DNA from: Octopus vulgaris
Lineage: Eukaryota
DNA: 64,000 nucleotides
Reading direction: 5' to 3'
Assembly (NCBI GenBank): GCA_951406725.2
Contig: OX597815.1
Coordinates: forward strand, 127,100,001-127,164,000
The position numbers and the translations under genes were made by a program. Each line of letters begins with the position of its first letter. Within the stretch, counting starts at the first letter, position 1. Below, one piece after another: positions 12,091-25,254 of this stretch. The notes beneath the pieces are model-generated. The model had not been told where the DNA came from. It did no database searches and saw only the letters and a program-made list of their open reading frames with translations.

Positions 12091-12479
12091 CTAGAAGAGC
12101 AAGAAATGTCAATCAATAAGGATTTTTACAGAACAGTAAACATAAACATAAAAACCACATAACAACAACATCAATAATTAAATAATAATTTCTGTGGCAG
12201 AAATCCAACAATTTGTTGGATGGGGATTAGTTAATTGAACTGATCCCTGTACTTCATTGGTACTTTATTACATTGCTTCTGGAGGGATGAACAGCAAATA
12301 TAGCCTGGACAAGATTTAACTTGTGAATGTAAAAGCACCAATACAAACACCACAAGGATTTTGTCTCTGACACTGTAATGATTTTGACAATCAACTGCCT
12401 TAACAGCAACAAAAACAACAAAAACAACAAAAATAACAAAAACAACAAAAATCTGTAAAGATTGTGACTGTGGTAATTG

Positions 12480-13012
12480 CTGCGTTAGAGACTGCAAATG
12501 AATAAAGAAGACTGGAATGGAATCTCCTGCAGAGCTTCTAAAGAAGATTTGCCTCTTAGGAGCAGAGAATACCATTACAAAGGTTTTGAACATTGCATGG
12601 TTCATCATGTGGATATCTAAAATTACAGATAGTAACATGCAACCTACGTAAATTCTACCAGGAATAAGATTAATCCTAAGTCAAAACAATTATAATAATA
12701 AAAAAATGAAAGAAATATAAATTTTAAAAAAGGATGCCAGAAACATCTACATAAGATCCCAAGAAAACCATGTCTCAGAGAAATCCAAAAGATTTTGCTG
12801 ACAAGTACTGCCCACATCCTCAGAAAACCCTATCTATTTAAATGTCTGTGTTGTATTATATGGAGATATTTTGCTACACCCACTCCCCAAGATTTCAGTC
12901 ATACTGTAACATCTCTTCCGCTTCACTTACCCCCAGGATGCTGTGTGTGTCTTGGCAACTGATTGTAACAAACATGCAGATTAAAAGTAAGCAATAAAGA
13001 TAATAATAATAA
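12480..13012 (+). mobile_element. Two old RLE-type (R4/Dong-like) LINE 3' fragments
   Basis: Relics LKKICLLGAENTITKVL and EIQKILLTSTAHILRK resemble the end of the 13814-17790 element; the second ends in (TAA)n. Confidence 0.6.
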
Positions 13013-13813
13013 TAGTATATATACATATACATATACATATACATATGTGTGTGTGAGTACACATATACATGTGTGTGTAGGTATATATATACATAGTCTC
13101 TTTCTCTCTTCCTACCATTAATTACAAATATAACAGGCTGAACTGCTCTTCAAAAAGAAAAAAAAATAGAAAAGTTTGACCTCTCCTGACCATTAATGTC
13201 CTTTGTCTCTTGGGCTGTCTCTCCACCATCCGCTGAATCTATTTATAGACCCATAGAGCATGACCTCTTCACCAATCACTGCCCCAAACAATGGTAGTAG
13301 TGGTGGTGATGGTGATAATGATAAAAACAAAAATAACAATAAGATACTGCTGTCACTACACATAAAACAATATCACTGATGATGATGGTGCTGATGGTGA
13401 TGATGATAATAATGATAGTAATAGTGCTGATAATCTATCTATCTATCTACACACACGTACACACACACACACACACACACAGTTCAGCCAACACAAACCT
13501 CACCTCCGCTCTTTAGATGTTAACCAAATATGAATGTATCATCTGCCAGGCAAGAATTCTGGCGTTGAAGACAGCCAGCCAGCCAATGAGACAGACAGAC
13601 ACACAACTCAACCCGCTGCCAACATACTGTGATGGTGATAATGATAAAAACAAAAATAACAATAATAAGATATTGCTGTGACTATACATAAAACAATATC
13701 ATTGATGATGATGATGATGATGATGATGGTGATGGTGATGATGATAATAATGATAGTAATAGTGGTGATAATAATAATAGTAATAATAATGGTGATGATA
13801 ATAATAATAATAA

Positions 13814-16800
13814 GCCGGCTACAGCTGCTATAATGGTATGATTATAATTGTAACGGCAATGATGACCGTCTCCCCATGAGCCACTCAAAGCTCAAAAATG
13901 ATAACATTATCGTAGCACCAAAATGTTTTTGGAAACTAAAAGGAAAACTAAATCAGTATACCAAATCGCTTATCCTATGGTTAATCTGGAAGCGCGTCCC
14001 CCAGGGAAGAGCCAGCCTGGGATCGAAAAGTCATCAACTGGCACAAACTGTTCTCCGAATATGGACATGGATGGTCACTTGAACGGGAAATCCCCCAACT
14101 CGAGCCCTCCAAGTTCACCACCACAACCACCACAGAAAGAAAAATGTAAGCAGAACAAATGGACCCGAGAAGAGTATAAAGAAGTAATATACGCTTATTA
14201 CTATACATTAGGTAGGCCATCTCAAGAGAGACACACCGCAAACTCTTACAGTATATGGAGAACATGGAATCAAGACAGTAGGCCCTATTTGGATGAGAAC
14301 AAATTGGCAAATGTGAGGAGGGATATCCTTAGAAATAACAGATTCACAGACAGTGAAATAAGCGCGATCAAGCACGCAACAGAAAATGACATAAATATAA
14401 GACACAAAGGAAATGAAGAATCAGATGAACAGAATAGCCCGACACGAGGCTTAATTGAAAGATTGCCATCTGACCAAAGTACACAAAGGCCTGAAGATAC
14501 AAGAAATTCTATTGAACCTGTTAAAGATAGCCAGGAAAATGATAAAACAACAGTAACTGAAGATCTCGCATTTGCTGAAGAACACAGAGAGTCTATGGCA
14601 GAAATGAGGCAGAAAATCCTGAATACGCTTGAAGTTGTAAGACATACAAGTATGAATGATAGAGAACCACTTCATAAACTCTCAAATACAAACCAAAATA
14701 AAAAACAAATCAAAATTGGCAACTATGTAACAAATGAAATAATACAAGAATTAAAACCTGATTTTACTGAGTTAAATGAAATTATTTATGCTTCTGCTAG
14801 GGCAATTGAAACCAGCTGTATGCCCCCGAAAAAACAAAGAAAACCAAACCTGGGAAGAAATCAAACCTGGAGAAGTAAAATTGAAAAAGAGATTGAATTT
14901 ATGAGAGGGGAAATATCAATATTAAATGAACTAATATGTGGAAATGATGTAAGATCCAGAACAGGAAGAAAGATGAAGAGAAAATTTGGATCCTCACCAA
15001 GAGGAGAACTAGTATCAATAAAAGAAACGCTGAAACAAAAAGTCCAAGCAAAAGCCCAAAGTATACGAAGATTTGAGAAGAGAAACAAGTTTTACAAGCA
15101 AAATAAGCTGTTCACATCCAATGCCAAAAAATTCTACAGAGAAATAGGGAAGGAGAAAGTAACCGTTAAAGACCCCCTCCCATGGAAGAAGTTCAAAACT
15201 TTTGGAAAAGGATTTGGAGTGACAAGACGTACAACATAAATGCAGACTGGATTATACAAACAGAAGGATCCTACCAAAATTTACAACAACAAGCATGGGA
15301 AGACATCACAATAGCAGACCTAAGAAAGGCACTCACAAAGGCCCATAATTAGAAATCTCCCGGTAAAGATAGGGTGCCGAATTTCTGGCTCGCATCGCTC
15401 CCATGCGCACACGGTAAGCTAGTTCAGCTGCTCAATGGAATTATGAGAGACCCAAAGAAAACACCTGAATGGTTAGCAAGTGGTATTACTTACCTACTCC
15501 CAAAGAATAATGAAACCAACCTTCCAAAAAACTATCGGCCTATAACCTGTCTATCCACCACGTATAAAATCCTAACATCTATCCTGGTGGAGAAAACATA
15601 TGCATTCATGGAGAAGAACGATATTTTCCCTATTGAACAAAAAGGGTGCCGCCGAGGCTCATACGGATGCAAAGATCAACTGCTAATTAATCGTATGATC
15701 CTTGAGAACTGTCACAACAAGCGCAGAAATCTCAGCTCTGCATGGATTGACTATAAAAAGGCCTTCAACAGTATACCGCATCCATGGATCTTGAGATCGC
15801 TGGACACCTTCAAAATTTCCCCTGTGATTTCAAGCTTCCTGAAGCACAATATGTCATTGTGGAATACGAATCTCCAACTATACCACTCTAATGGAATACT
15901 TGCCTCAGAGAATATAAACATCAACTGTGGAATTTTTCAAGGTGACTCACTTTCACCTCTAATATTCTGCATAGCCCTAATACCCCTTACAAAGTGAATT
16001 AAACAGAACAGGGTATGGGTATAAAATTGCCAATAAAACAATAAGCCATCTATTTTATATGGATGACTTAAAACTCTATGGTAAAGTCAATAATGAGCTT
16101 GAAGTCCTATTGCACACTGTGAAAGCATTCAGCGATGACATCGGGATGGAGTTTGGGCTTGAGAAGTGTGCCAAGGCCACTTTCCAGAAAGGGAAAGTGA
16201 AGACCACAAATTCAGTCGTGCTAGATGTTGACACAGTCATAAGAGAGCTTGAGCAAGAACAAACATACAAATATTGAGAGATAAATGAAGGCTCTGGTAT
16301 TCAGCATGCAAGCATGAAAGAGAAGATCAGGAAGGAATGTTATAGGAGAGTCCGTGCAGTCCTGAAATCTGAACTAAATACATGTAACAAGTGTTAGCTA
16401 TAAATTCCTTAGTAGTTCCAGTTGTTACTTATAGCTACAATGTGTTGAACTGGAATATGAGTGAAGTAAACAATATAGATAGGAAAATACGCAAGCTGCT
16501 GAGTTGTAATAGGATGCACCACCCAAAGGCAGACGTAGATCGCCTTTACCTCCCCAGAGCCCAAGGAGGTCGAGGCCTGATCCAATTTGAACTAGCTTAC
16601 AAAACAACCACAATTGGACTGGCCAAATATCTTGAAATAACAAATGACTGGATGCTAAAGCTCATGGAAAATCACGAGAGACGAAAGAAGCTTCATTCTA
16701 TCATAAAGGAAAGCAAAAAATTTGCTATTGATCTCGTGCAGGATACCCAAACTGAACAACCCGAGGGAAGTACGGCAACTATTGTTGCAAAGAAGGTGAA

Positions 16801-17790
16801 AATGATGGCAATGAAAAAAGCGCACGAGCAATTGGCTGATAGGTGGGAGGAGAAACCTCTGCACATGGCAAATATGTGGCCCGTAGCAAACAAGCTGATG
16901 TTGACCAGAAGCAAACCCATCAGTGGCTACGGAGCTCAGGGCTAAAAGCAGAGAGCGAAGGTTTCATCCTGGCTGCTCTAGATCAAAGCCTATTAACTCG
17001 GAACTACCAGGCCAATGTGATGAAAAATGGAGCAGACCCAAAATGCCGATTCTGCAACGACATGATTGAAACAGTGGACCACCTAATCTCTGGATGTAAA
17101 TTCTTAGCACCAGTGGAGTATAATTAAGACATGACAGAGTTGGCCAATATCTACACTGGCTAATAAGTCAGCATTACAATATCAAAACTGCCGACAAGTG
17201 GTATAATCACCACACTGAAGCTGTAACTGAAGGAGAAAATGTAACGATTCTGTGGGACTTTCCAGTACATACAAACCAAACCATCAAAGCCAATAAACCG
17301 GATATTGTTGTGAAAGACCAAAACAATAAAGTTTGCTTATTGATCGACATGAGCATCCCCTGTGATCATAATATCTCGGCGAAAGAGTTTGACAAGCTCA
17401 GAAAATATAAAGACCTGCTCATTGAAGTTGAGAAAATGTGGCATCACAAGGCAGTTAAAATACCAGTGATCGTAGGAGCACTAGGAATGATCAAGAAGGG
17501 AACCGAAAATTATATGAGAATGATCCCTGGCTTACCATCCCTGCAAGAAGTGCAAAAGATTGTCTTAACTGGTACATCACACGTATTGAGAAGAGCATTA
17601 TCGATGTGAGAACTATTACTACCCATGTATTTTAATTTAACTTTAAAAAAAAAATTTAAAAATTTAAAAAAATTAACGAACTAGTGAGTTTAGTTTAATG
17701 GCCTCCCAATGTATACTATGAGTTTCTTTGCCCTAGGAGTCGGGAAGACACTCGGCAAGAAATGGAAGCAAATTTGAAAGAAAAAGAAAA
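13814..17790 (+). mobile_element. Near full-length Dong/R4-clade non-LTR retrotransposon (single RT-CCHC-RLE ORF, several frameshifts and stops)
   Basis: NYRPITCL, WIDYKKAF, GIFQGDSLSPL, YMDDLKLY, GGRGL, CRFC..ETVDHLISGC, RHD, KPDIVV..LLIDMSIP; (TAA)n arrays on both sides, the known Dong target. Confidence 0.92.
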
Positions 17791-17791
17791 G

Positions 17792-17921
<130 letters not shown>

Positions 17922-17929
17922 TAATAAAC

Positions 17930-19760
17930 ATCAGTATGGAATTTAGGATCACCAAATGCTCAGCACTTAGTATGAAAGAGGGAAAAAAGCAGCCTGCAGA
18001 GGATTGTGATAAACATAAGAAGAAACCATGGGTGAACCTGATGGTAGTAGATATGGGTGTTTAGGAATTTAGACATTCTACAAAGAGAAATGAAAGTCAA
18101 GGTCAGTGAGGTGTATCAAAAATGGGTGAAGATGGTTTTGAAATCCAACCTGAATGCCAAAAATTTGATTACTGCAATGAATATATGGGCAGTTGCAGTG
18201 GTCAGATATAGTGCATCTATCCTCAAATGGACTATGGAGGAAATATCAACACTGGATAGAAGGTCGAGAAAGTTGATGACGCTGCATGGGGCGCTACACC
18301 CTGAAGTAAATGAAAACAGACTGTATATGAAAAGAAAGAGTGGTGGCAGAGGACTAATTAGTATAGCCCATTGTATAAGGTTGGAGGCGCAATGGCCCAG
18401 TGGTTAGGGTAGCAGACTCTCAGTCGTGGTTTCAATTCCCAGACCAGGCATTGTGAGTGTTTATTGAGCAGAAACACTTAAAGTTCCACAAGGCTCCGGC
18501 AGGGGTTGGTGGTGAACCCTGCTGTACTCTTTCACCACAACTTTCTCTCACTCTTTCGTTCTGTTTCTGTTGTACCTGTATTTTGAAGGGCTAGCCTTGT
18601 CTCACACTGACATGCTGAATCTCCCTGAGAACTACATAAAGGGTACACGTGTCTGTGGAGTGCTCAGCCACTTGCACGTTAATTTCACAAGCAGGCTGTT
18701 CTGTTGATCAGATCAAATGGAACCCTTGTCATCGTAACCAACGGAGTGCCAACCAAATTGTATAAGGAGTAAAAGAAAAATACTGGCTGAGTATATCATA
18801 AATAGTGATGAAGACCTGCTGCAATATACCATGAAAGATATGGGTGTAAATTCAATGAATGATGGGCAAAGATGAATTTAAGCAAAGAGCTGAGAAGAGA
18901 AAAGAAGACCTTCTTGAAATGAGAATGCATGGACAATTTGAAAGGAATACACAAGATGATAAGGATAATACAGCATCGTGAACATGGCTTGAGTGAGGTG
19001 ATTTGAAGCGTACCACTGGAAGCCTGATCACTACTGCATAAGATCAGGCTCTCGCTACCAATTCAATGAAGTATAACATCTATAAAACTTCTGACACCCA
19101 GAAATGTAGATTCTGTGGAATGAGTGTGGAAAACATGACCCACTTGGTAAGTGGATGTGAGAGCCTTGCACAAAAAGAATACAAGTGCCACCATGATAAA
19201 GTGTGCATGTATCTTCATTGGCTCCTATGCTGTAAATACCAATATGAAGTAACAGAGAACTGGTGTGAGCATGTATCAAGTAAAGTTATGCAGGAGGATG
19301 GAAAAGTAATGATACACTGGTACTATGATTTTCAGATGGATCATGTAATCGAACACCGTCAGCTGGATATTGTCATATTGAATAAGAGAGACAAATACTG
19401 TCAGATCATTGATGTAGCCATACCAAATGACATGAATGCTGTGAGTAAAGATGTTGCAAAAAATCACCAAATACTCCAAATTGAAAGTGGATATGACAAA
19501 ACTGTATGGAACGAGAGGATAATGTAAAAGTGATACCAGTGGTGATTGGAGCATTGGGCTCAATCCCATTAAAAGTCAAAACTTCTTAAGGCAACTGGAA
19601 ATCCCATGCAAGATTGATGTCTTGCAAAAAGCAGCCTTATTGAGTACAGCACACATCTTAAGGTTTGTATTATCGGTCTGAGGTCCTTGTGACTTGACAG
19701 ATGACTAAAGACTCCAGTGCATTTTTGCCTACACTGTGTTATGAAAGAATAATAATAATA
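17930..19760 (+). mobile_element. Older 5'-truncated R4/Dong-like LINE
   Basis: KSNLNAKN..RYS, GGRGLISI, CRFCG..ENMTHLVSGC, HHD, IIDVAIP, VVIGALG; (TAA)n tail. Confidence 0.85.
18381..18756 (+). mobile_element. tRNA-derived SINE nested in the LINE, with 11-bp TSD
   Basis: A-box TGGCCCAGTGG, B-box-like GTTTCAATTCC; ATTGTATAAGG duplicated at 18370-18380 and 18757-18767. Confidence 0.88.
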
Positions 19761-19761
19761 A

Positions 19762-20090
19762 TAGATCAAGAACAAACATTAAGGACCAAGTATATGAAAT
19801 GCAGAATAGACAACACTCCCGAGAGCAACAAATACAGAATGTGTGGTGAGATGGGTGAAACAGTGGTACATTGTTAGTGAATGCTCAAAATTGGCACAAT
19901 GTGAATACAAATGATGGCATGACAATGTGGGAAGAATGATCCATTATGGGCTCTGTAGAAATCACAGCCTACAAAGAACAAAGACGTGGTATGAGAAAAC
20001 CCTAGAAGAAGTCACTGAGAATGAAAATTAAAAAATCTTGGGGGATGTAATGATTCAGTGTGATCACCTGACCAGACATATGGAACTACA
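19762..20090 (+). mobile_element. R4/Dong-like LINE fragment (CCHC region)
   Basis: QEQTLRTK..RMCGEMGETVVHIVSECSKLAQCEYK.WHDNV. Confidence 0.75.
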
Positions 20091-20183
20091 TGTCAACATT
20101 TATATTATTTACAAAAATGCTACACAGGCACATGATAGCAGATTATACTTTACAACAATCAATAAAATTAAAAACAAACTTAC

Positions 20184-20696
20184 CTCTGGTATAGTGATTG
20201 TATCATTTGGCTTTTCAAATTTTGGATTGTTGTTAATGTCAGTAATATTAATACAAATAGATGTAGTTGAACTTAATGGTGGATTTCCTTGGTCTTTTGC
20301 AGTAACATTGAAACACTTGACTCCTATTTTATTTGTTAAATCTGAAGCAATACTCAGAACACCTGTACCTGGATCCATTTTAAATAACACAGATTCCTTT
20401 CCTTGTAGTGAGTACTGAACTTTACCATTTTCTCCAATATCTTCATCAGTGGTTGCAACAGTCAAGATAATTCCTGTTGATATGCTTTCTTGTACATTTT
20501 CAGAATATTTATCAGACTTAAATACTGGAGGATTGTCATTAACATCAGTTACATTGATTAAGATTGTAGTTGTATTTTCTTTCCATCCAGGTTTTTGAAA
20601 ATTATTTTTATAGTCATAGTTATCTTGAGCAGTAATAATAACAGTGTACTTATCCACAGCCTCTCTGTCAAGTTCTGAAATTACCACTATTTCTCC
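20184..20696 (-). CDS. Cadherin exon L (GEIVVISELDRE...DVNDNPPVF...DINNNPKF...TITIPE)
   Basis: Acceptor ATTTCAG, donor GTAAGT, 513 nt, phase 0/0; inside ORF 20109..20711. Confidence 0.93.
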
Positions 20697-21059
20697 CTGA
20701 AATAGAAACAAAATGATATTAATTAAGGAAATTTTGTATTCACAGAAATTTTCAAAACTACAGTTTATTTTGAAAAGAATTAGTAATGAAAATAAAAAGG
20801 CATTGGAGGGGGCGATGCATACCCTGCACGCAGATGAATTTTTTCACAAATAATTTTCACAAGAACAGTAAAATATCAGTTGGCAAAAAAAATTTGAAAG
20901 TTATTTTAGAGTGGATTGGAATTAAAATTTTTTTAAAATTACATAAAATGAAGATTCTTCTCCAATTTTTCACGGAAGAATCAGCATGTCCAAAAACAAA
21001 AATTCCATTTCAATAGTTTTACAGTGAAATGCTAAAATACAAGTTGAAAAATAAAATCA

Positions 21060-21790
21060 AAGGAATATGAAAAAAAAAAGGTCACAAAAGTGAAAAAAAA
21101 AATAGTGTAATATGTGTATAACAACATGTAGTAAATGAACATGAAAAAATAAAGCATGCTGGCAAATGGGAGGTGGGGGAGACAACGTAGAAAATTCACA
21201 TCGGGAATGTTCCAAGTCCTCTCAACACTTCCCCGTTTGTCAACAAAATTTGTTTCCTTCATATTCATTTACTACACACTATTTTACACCTAGTACACTA
21301 GTTTTTATTTTTAATCTTTGTGACCAGGTATTAACGTTGAGTTTTCGGATCCTGTGAGATTGATCGTGTGAATTTTCTGAGTCCTCCTCCTGCTCTCCTT
21401 TTGCCAGCTCACATTTTTTTTTCATATTCCTTTACTACATGTTGTTTTACACCTATTACACTATTTTTTCATTTTTTTGTGACTGGATTGTGTGAGTTAT
21501 CCGAGTCTGCACCCTACCCCCACCCCCTACCCCGTCACAAAAATTGAAAAACCAAATAGTGTACTAGGTGTAAAATAATGTGTAGTAAATGAATATGAAG
21601 AAAAAAATTTTGCTGACAAATGGGGAAGTGGTGAGAGGACTTAGAACATTCCAAATGTGAATTTTCCGAGCCCCCCACCCCCGCCGTTCTCCAGTACACA
21701 TTTTCTTTTCATATTTGTTTACTACATGTTGTTTTACACCTATTGCACTATTTTTTTTTTTTTTTGTTGCTCTGGTCAAACACTGGAGTT
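21060..21790. repeat. Foldback-like nested inverted repeat
   Basis: 21098-21305 is the reverse complement of ~21552-21765; an ~50-bp module recurs in both orientations. Confidence 0.75.
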
Positions 21791-22251
21791 TGACCGAAGA
21801 GATTGCACAGAATTTGAGAAGTGTTTTGAATGTTTTGCAATGATGGCAGGTGAATCAAATGAACTGTAGTTTATTGAGGGATATGAATAATATGGCCACT
21901 TGCTTATCAGGAAATCTGAAAGTTTAATTTAACAAACATTTTTTTTGTCTTTTAAGTATCACCATTATAGGTATTTTATAACTGGTGAAATTAAGAAATC
22001 AACTTGTAAAGTAGTCGAAACTCTCAAATCCATCACTGCGCACATGCATGCATGCACACACATATACACACACAAACACACACACAAATTTGCATATCTA
22101 TGTATTTATTTATGAATCTTTGGAGACAATCAAACCAAATTTTCATCATTTTGAGCCACTCAACCAATGATTATTTCTGTCAAATTTTATGAAGTGTTTG
22201 GAAAAGGGAAAAGAATTAACAACTTAATACAAGAAGATATTTAACACTTAC

Positions 22252-22565
22252 AGTTATTTTGTCAATTTTAAAAGGAGAATTTCCACCAGAAACTGTCAGA
22301 GTATAACTAACATTCGCATGTATTCCTATATCTTTATCAGTAGTTGTTATTGTAGTAATTGTGGTATTTACAGAAGTGTCTTCTGGTACAGGTAATATAG
22401 ATACAAGGTTCTGAAATTCTGGGGCATTATCATTAAAATCTTCAACAACAACAAAAACTGTTGCCGTGGAAGATAATGTTGGTAACAAGGAATCACTGGC
22501 CACAACATTAAATGTGATGTTTGGATTTTCTTCACGATCCAGCTCTGTTTTTAATGAAATTTCAC
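22252..22565 (-). CDS. Cadherin exon K (EISLKTELDREE...DFNDNAPEF...IDKIT)
   Basis: Acceptor TTTTCAG, donor GTAAGT, 314 nt, phase 1/0. Confidence 0.92.
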
Positions 22566-22966
22566 CTGAAAATTGAAAAAATTTACAATAGATAAAAATG
22601 CCATTTTATAGACAAAAATAAAATACTTTAATTTTCTGAGTAGTTAATTACAAATGTTAACCAAGCCAACAGTCATACTGAATAGAAGTACTTATTTCTT
22701 CATATGGTTCCTTGAAGCAATGAAGTAACCTCTAAATAATAATTCAATTTGCTAAATATAAAAGTCAAATCTCCTTCAAATCATAATCTGTAGTCTTGAA
22801 AACCTGGACATGTTATATAATGCATACCAATGCTCAGGAGAAAGAGAAGATGGTCATTGCTGGAATACCTTTAATCATTGGTCTGCTCAATTTAAAGATG
22901 ATCTGAAGTTAAACAACACCAGTGGTCCCCTTCAAGTAAATTCTTCCCCTATCTTCAACCTTGAGA

Positions 22967-23830
22967 TATGTGAGGTCTGATCAATAAGTATTTGGACTGT
23001 TGCCATAGTAACAAAGCTAGAGCACACAGAGTGAAGCCACTTAGTAAAGATCGGCTTTCAACTCTGCTGTGCATATGTACTAAGTTTTAATGTTCTAGAT
23101 CACTTCTGCTTTTTACAGCAGTGCTTGGAAGGAAGGTGTGTAGCATGTAATCATTGCATTAACCATGACAGAGAAAGTTGTCATGGTGATACCTGCTCAG
23201 AGACCTATGTAAAGTTGCAGAAAGTGTATGGAGAGGAGGTTATGAGCTACATGCACGTCTATGTGTGATTCCAACATTTCCTAGATGGCCAAAAAAATGT
23301 CAATATTGACATTCTGGGAGACCTACAACCAATAGAAGTGAAAAAAACATCGCAGATGTGTATACAGCTGTGAGGAGAAATCATCAAATCACCATCCATG
23401 AGTTATTAGAGGATGTGCAGATTAGTTACAGTTCAGTTCAGTCCATTATCACTGAAGATTTGGGTATGAAATGCATGTCTGCCAGGTTTGTACCAAAACT
23501 ACTTTCAGCTGACCAAAGGACACTTGGGTTTCAGTTGCACAAGATCTTGATTATGTTATGAATAATGAAAAGGTTTTGAAAAATTGTGTAGGCCTCTGAG
23601 CAGGTATCACCAAGCTTTTGACAAAATTTGATGCAAATTCTCTGCTCAACTTTCACAGACATGGTCAATACAACGATCACACATTACACACCTTCCTTTC
23701 AAGCACTTCTGTAAACAGCAGAAGTGAGCTTGAAGTTAAAACTGCATGCACAGCAGAGTTTATGGTCAATCTGTGCCAAGTGGCTTCATTCTGTGTGCTT
23801 TAGCTTCATTACTATAGCATCAGTCTATGT
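22967..23830 (+). mobile_element. Internally deleted mariner-like element with long (~180 bp) inverted ends
   Basis: Transposase N-terminal relic (GRPTT..HQITIHEL..SARFVPKLL); ~22995-23170 inverted at ~23660-23826. Confidence 0.75.
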
Positions 23831-23849
23831 ATGTTCCTGAACAGAACAA

Positions 23850-24455
23850 ACCAAAGCAAACAGTTGCTACACTAGCTTTCAATGATCAGTGGGACAAACC
23901 ACAAAAGACATTTCATTGTGTAATCAAGGAGAACGTTTTATTCCTTGTTGCTTCTTTTATTTAGCTATTGGAAATAGATACCAGGTTATCTAATAATTGG
24001 ATTTACCATTTTATTTGCTGGGACAAAGAATTTGCTGGCGCAGAGAATTTCACCCTTGAAAAACCCCACAAGACTGGTGAGATTAATGCCATTAATGATC
24101 CATTGAAGGTCAGCATTGCAGGAAAGACAAGAAACAAGAAGATTCCAGAGAGTGAAGAAAGGGGTGTTGGATGCATCAAGAGTGGTAAGAGATGGAGAGA
24201 GACATGAAGCAGGGGGGTTGCTTTAGAATAGAGGTTGTACAAGGCTAGCCAGCTCCATGAAGCAGAGACCATTACAGTAGCAAGAGAAAAGACAGGTAGC
24301 AGATCAGTATGTTTGAGGTCCAAAAGCTGGAGTGTCAAACAGCTTTCTCTGGAAGCAATCCAGTATATGAGTATGCATAGCAGTATCGCTGTCTCATGTG
24401 GGAGCAATATTCTATTGTAGACCTCATTTGAACCTTGTAGATGGTTGACTAGTAT
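23850..24455 (-). mobile_element. APE-type LINE (CR1/L2/Jockey group) 3' fragment
   Basis: Relic TIYKVQMRSTIEYCSH..LDCFQRK on the minus strand. Confidence 0.55.
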
Positions 24456-24462
24456 CATATTC

Positions 24463-24499
<37 letters not shown>

Positions 24500-24698
24500 A
24501 AGAGAGAGAGAGAGATTTATCAAATGTCTCAAGCGTTACTATTCAAAAGTCCATTTAAGGTATTGCAGAGATGTAAATTTACGTAGTAAGACCATATTAA
24601 CATTAACGGTTATTAAAATTTCATAAAGTACAACACACTAATTACCTTGAAACTAGAAAAAAGTAGTTAAAATAGAGTAAAAGAAAATAGATATGTAC

Positions 24699-24899
24699 CA
24701 GTTTTATCGTTAATGCCAAACTTGTTAGAACTGTCGAGAATTTTATATGTTACAAAGTCATTTTTGTCATCATCAGTGGCTGTAAGTGTTGCAATAATGC
24801 TTCCGACAGGATAGTTTTCAACCAAATTTAGTAATGTAAAATTTTCTCTAAAAACTGGGTAACAATCATTTATATCCTTGATTGTAATTGTCAAAAATC
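24699..24899 (-). CDS. Cadherin exon J (FLTITIKDINDCYPVF...ATDDD...NDKT)
   Basis: Acceptor TTTCCTCAG, donor GTACAT, 201 nt, phase 1/1. Confidence 0.9.
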
Positions 24900-25254
24900 C
24901 TGAGGAAAGAAAAAGAGAGTACTTTGCGATTAATTTAGAAATTATCATTTTTTCCAATAGTTCATTGTATAATTAATTCATTAAAGGATTTAAAGTTTAT
25001 CAAATATTCCTACTATATTTTATGCTCTATTTTATAACTGTAAATATGAAGCAAAAAATTATTGAAAAAATTCTTTTACTTGTTTCAATCATTTGACCAT
25101 GCTAGACCCCAAGACTTATTCTTTGTAAGCTTGGTACTTATACTACCAGTCCATTTTACTGAACTGCTATGTTACAGAGACGCAAACACATTAACATTGG
25201 TTGTCAAGTGATGGATAGGGGATAAACACAGGCATACACAAACGAATATATATA

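Noticed and set aside
18381-18450. tRNA gene
   Set aside because: A/B boxes belong to a SINE head with body and TSD; no intact cloverleaf.
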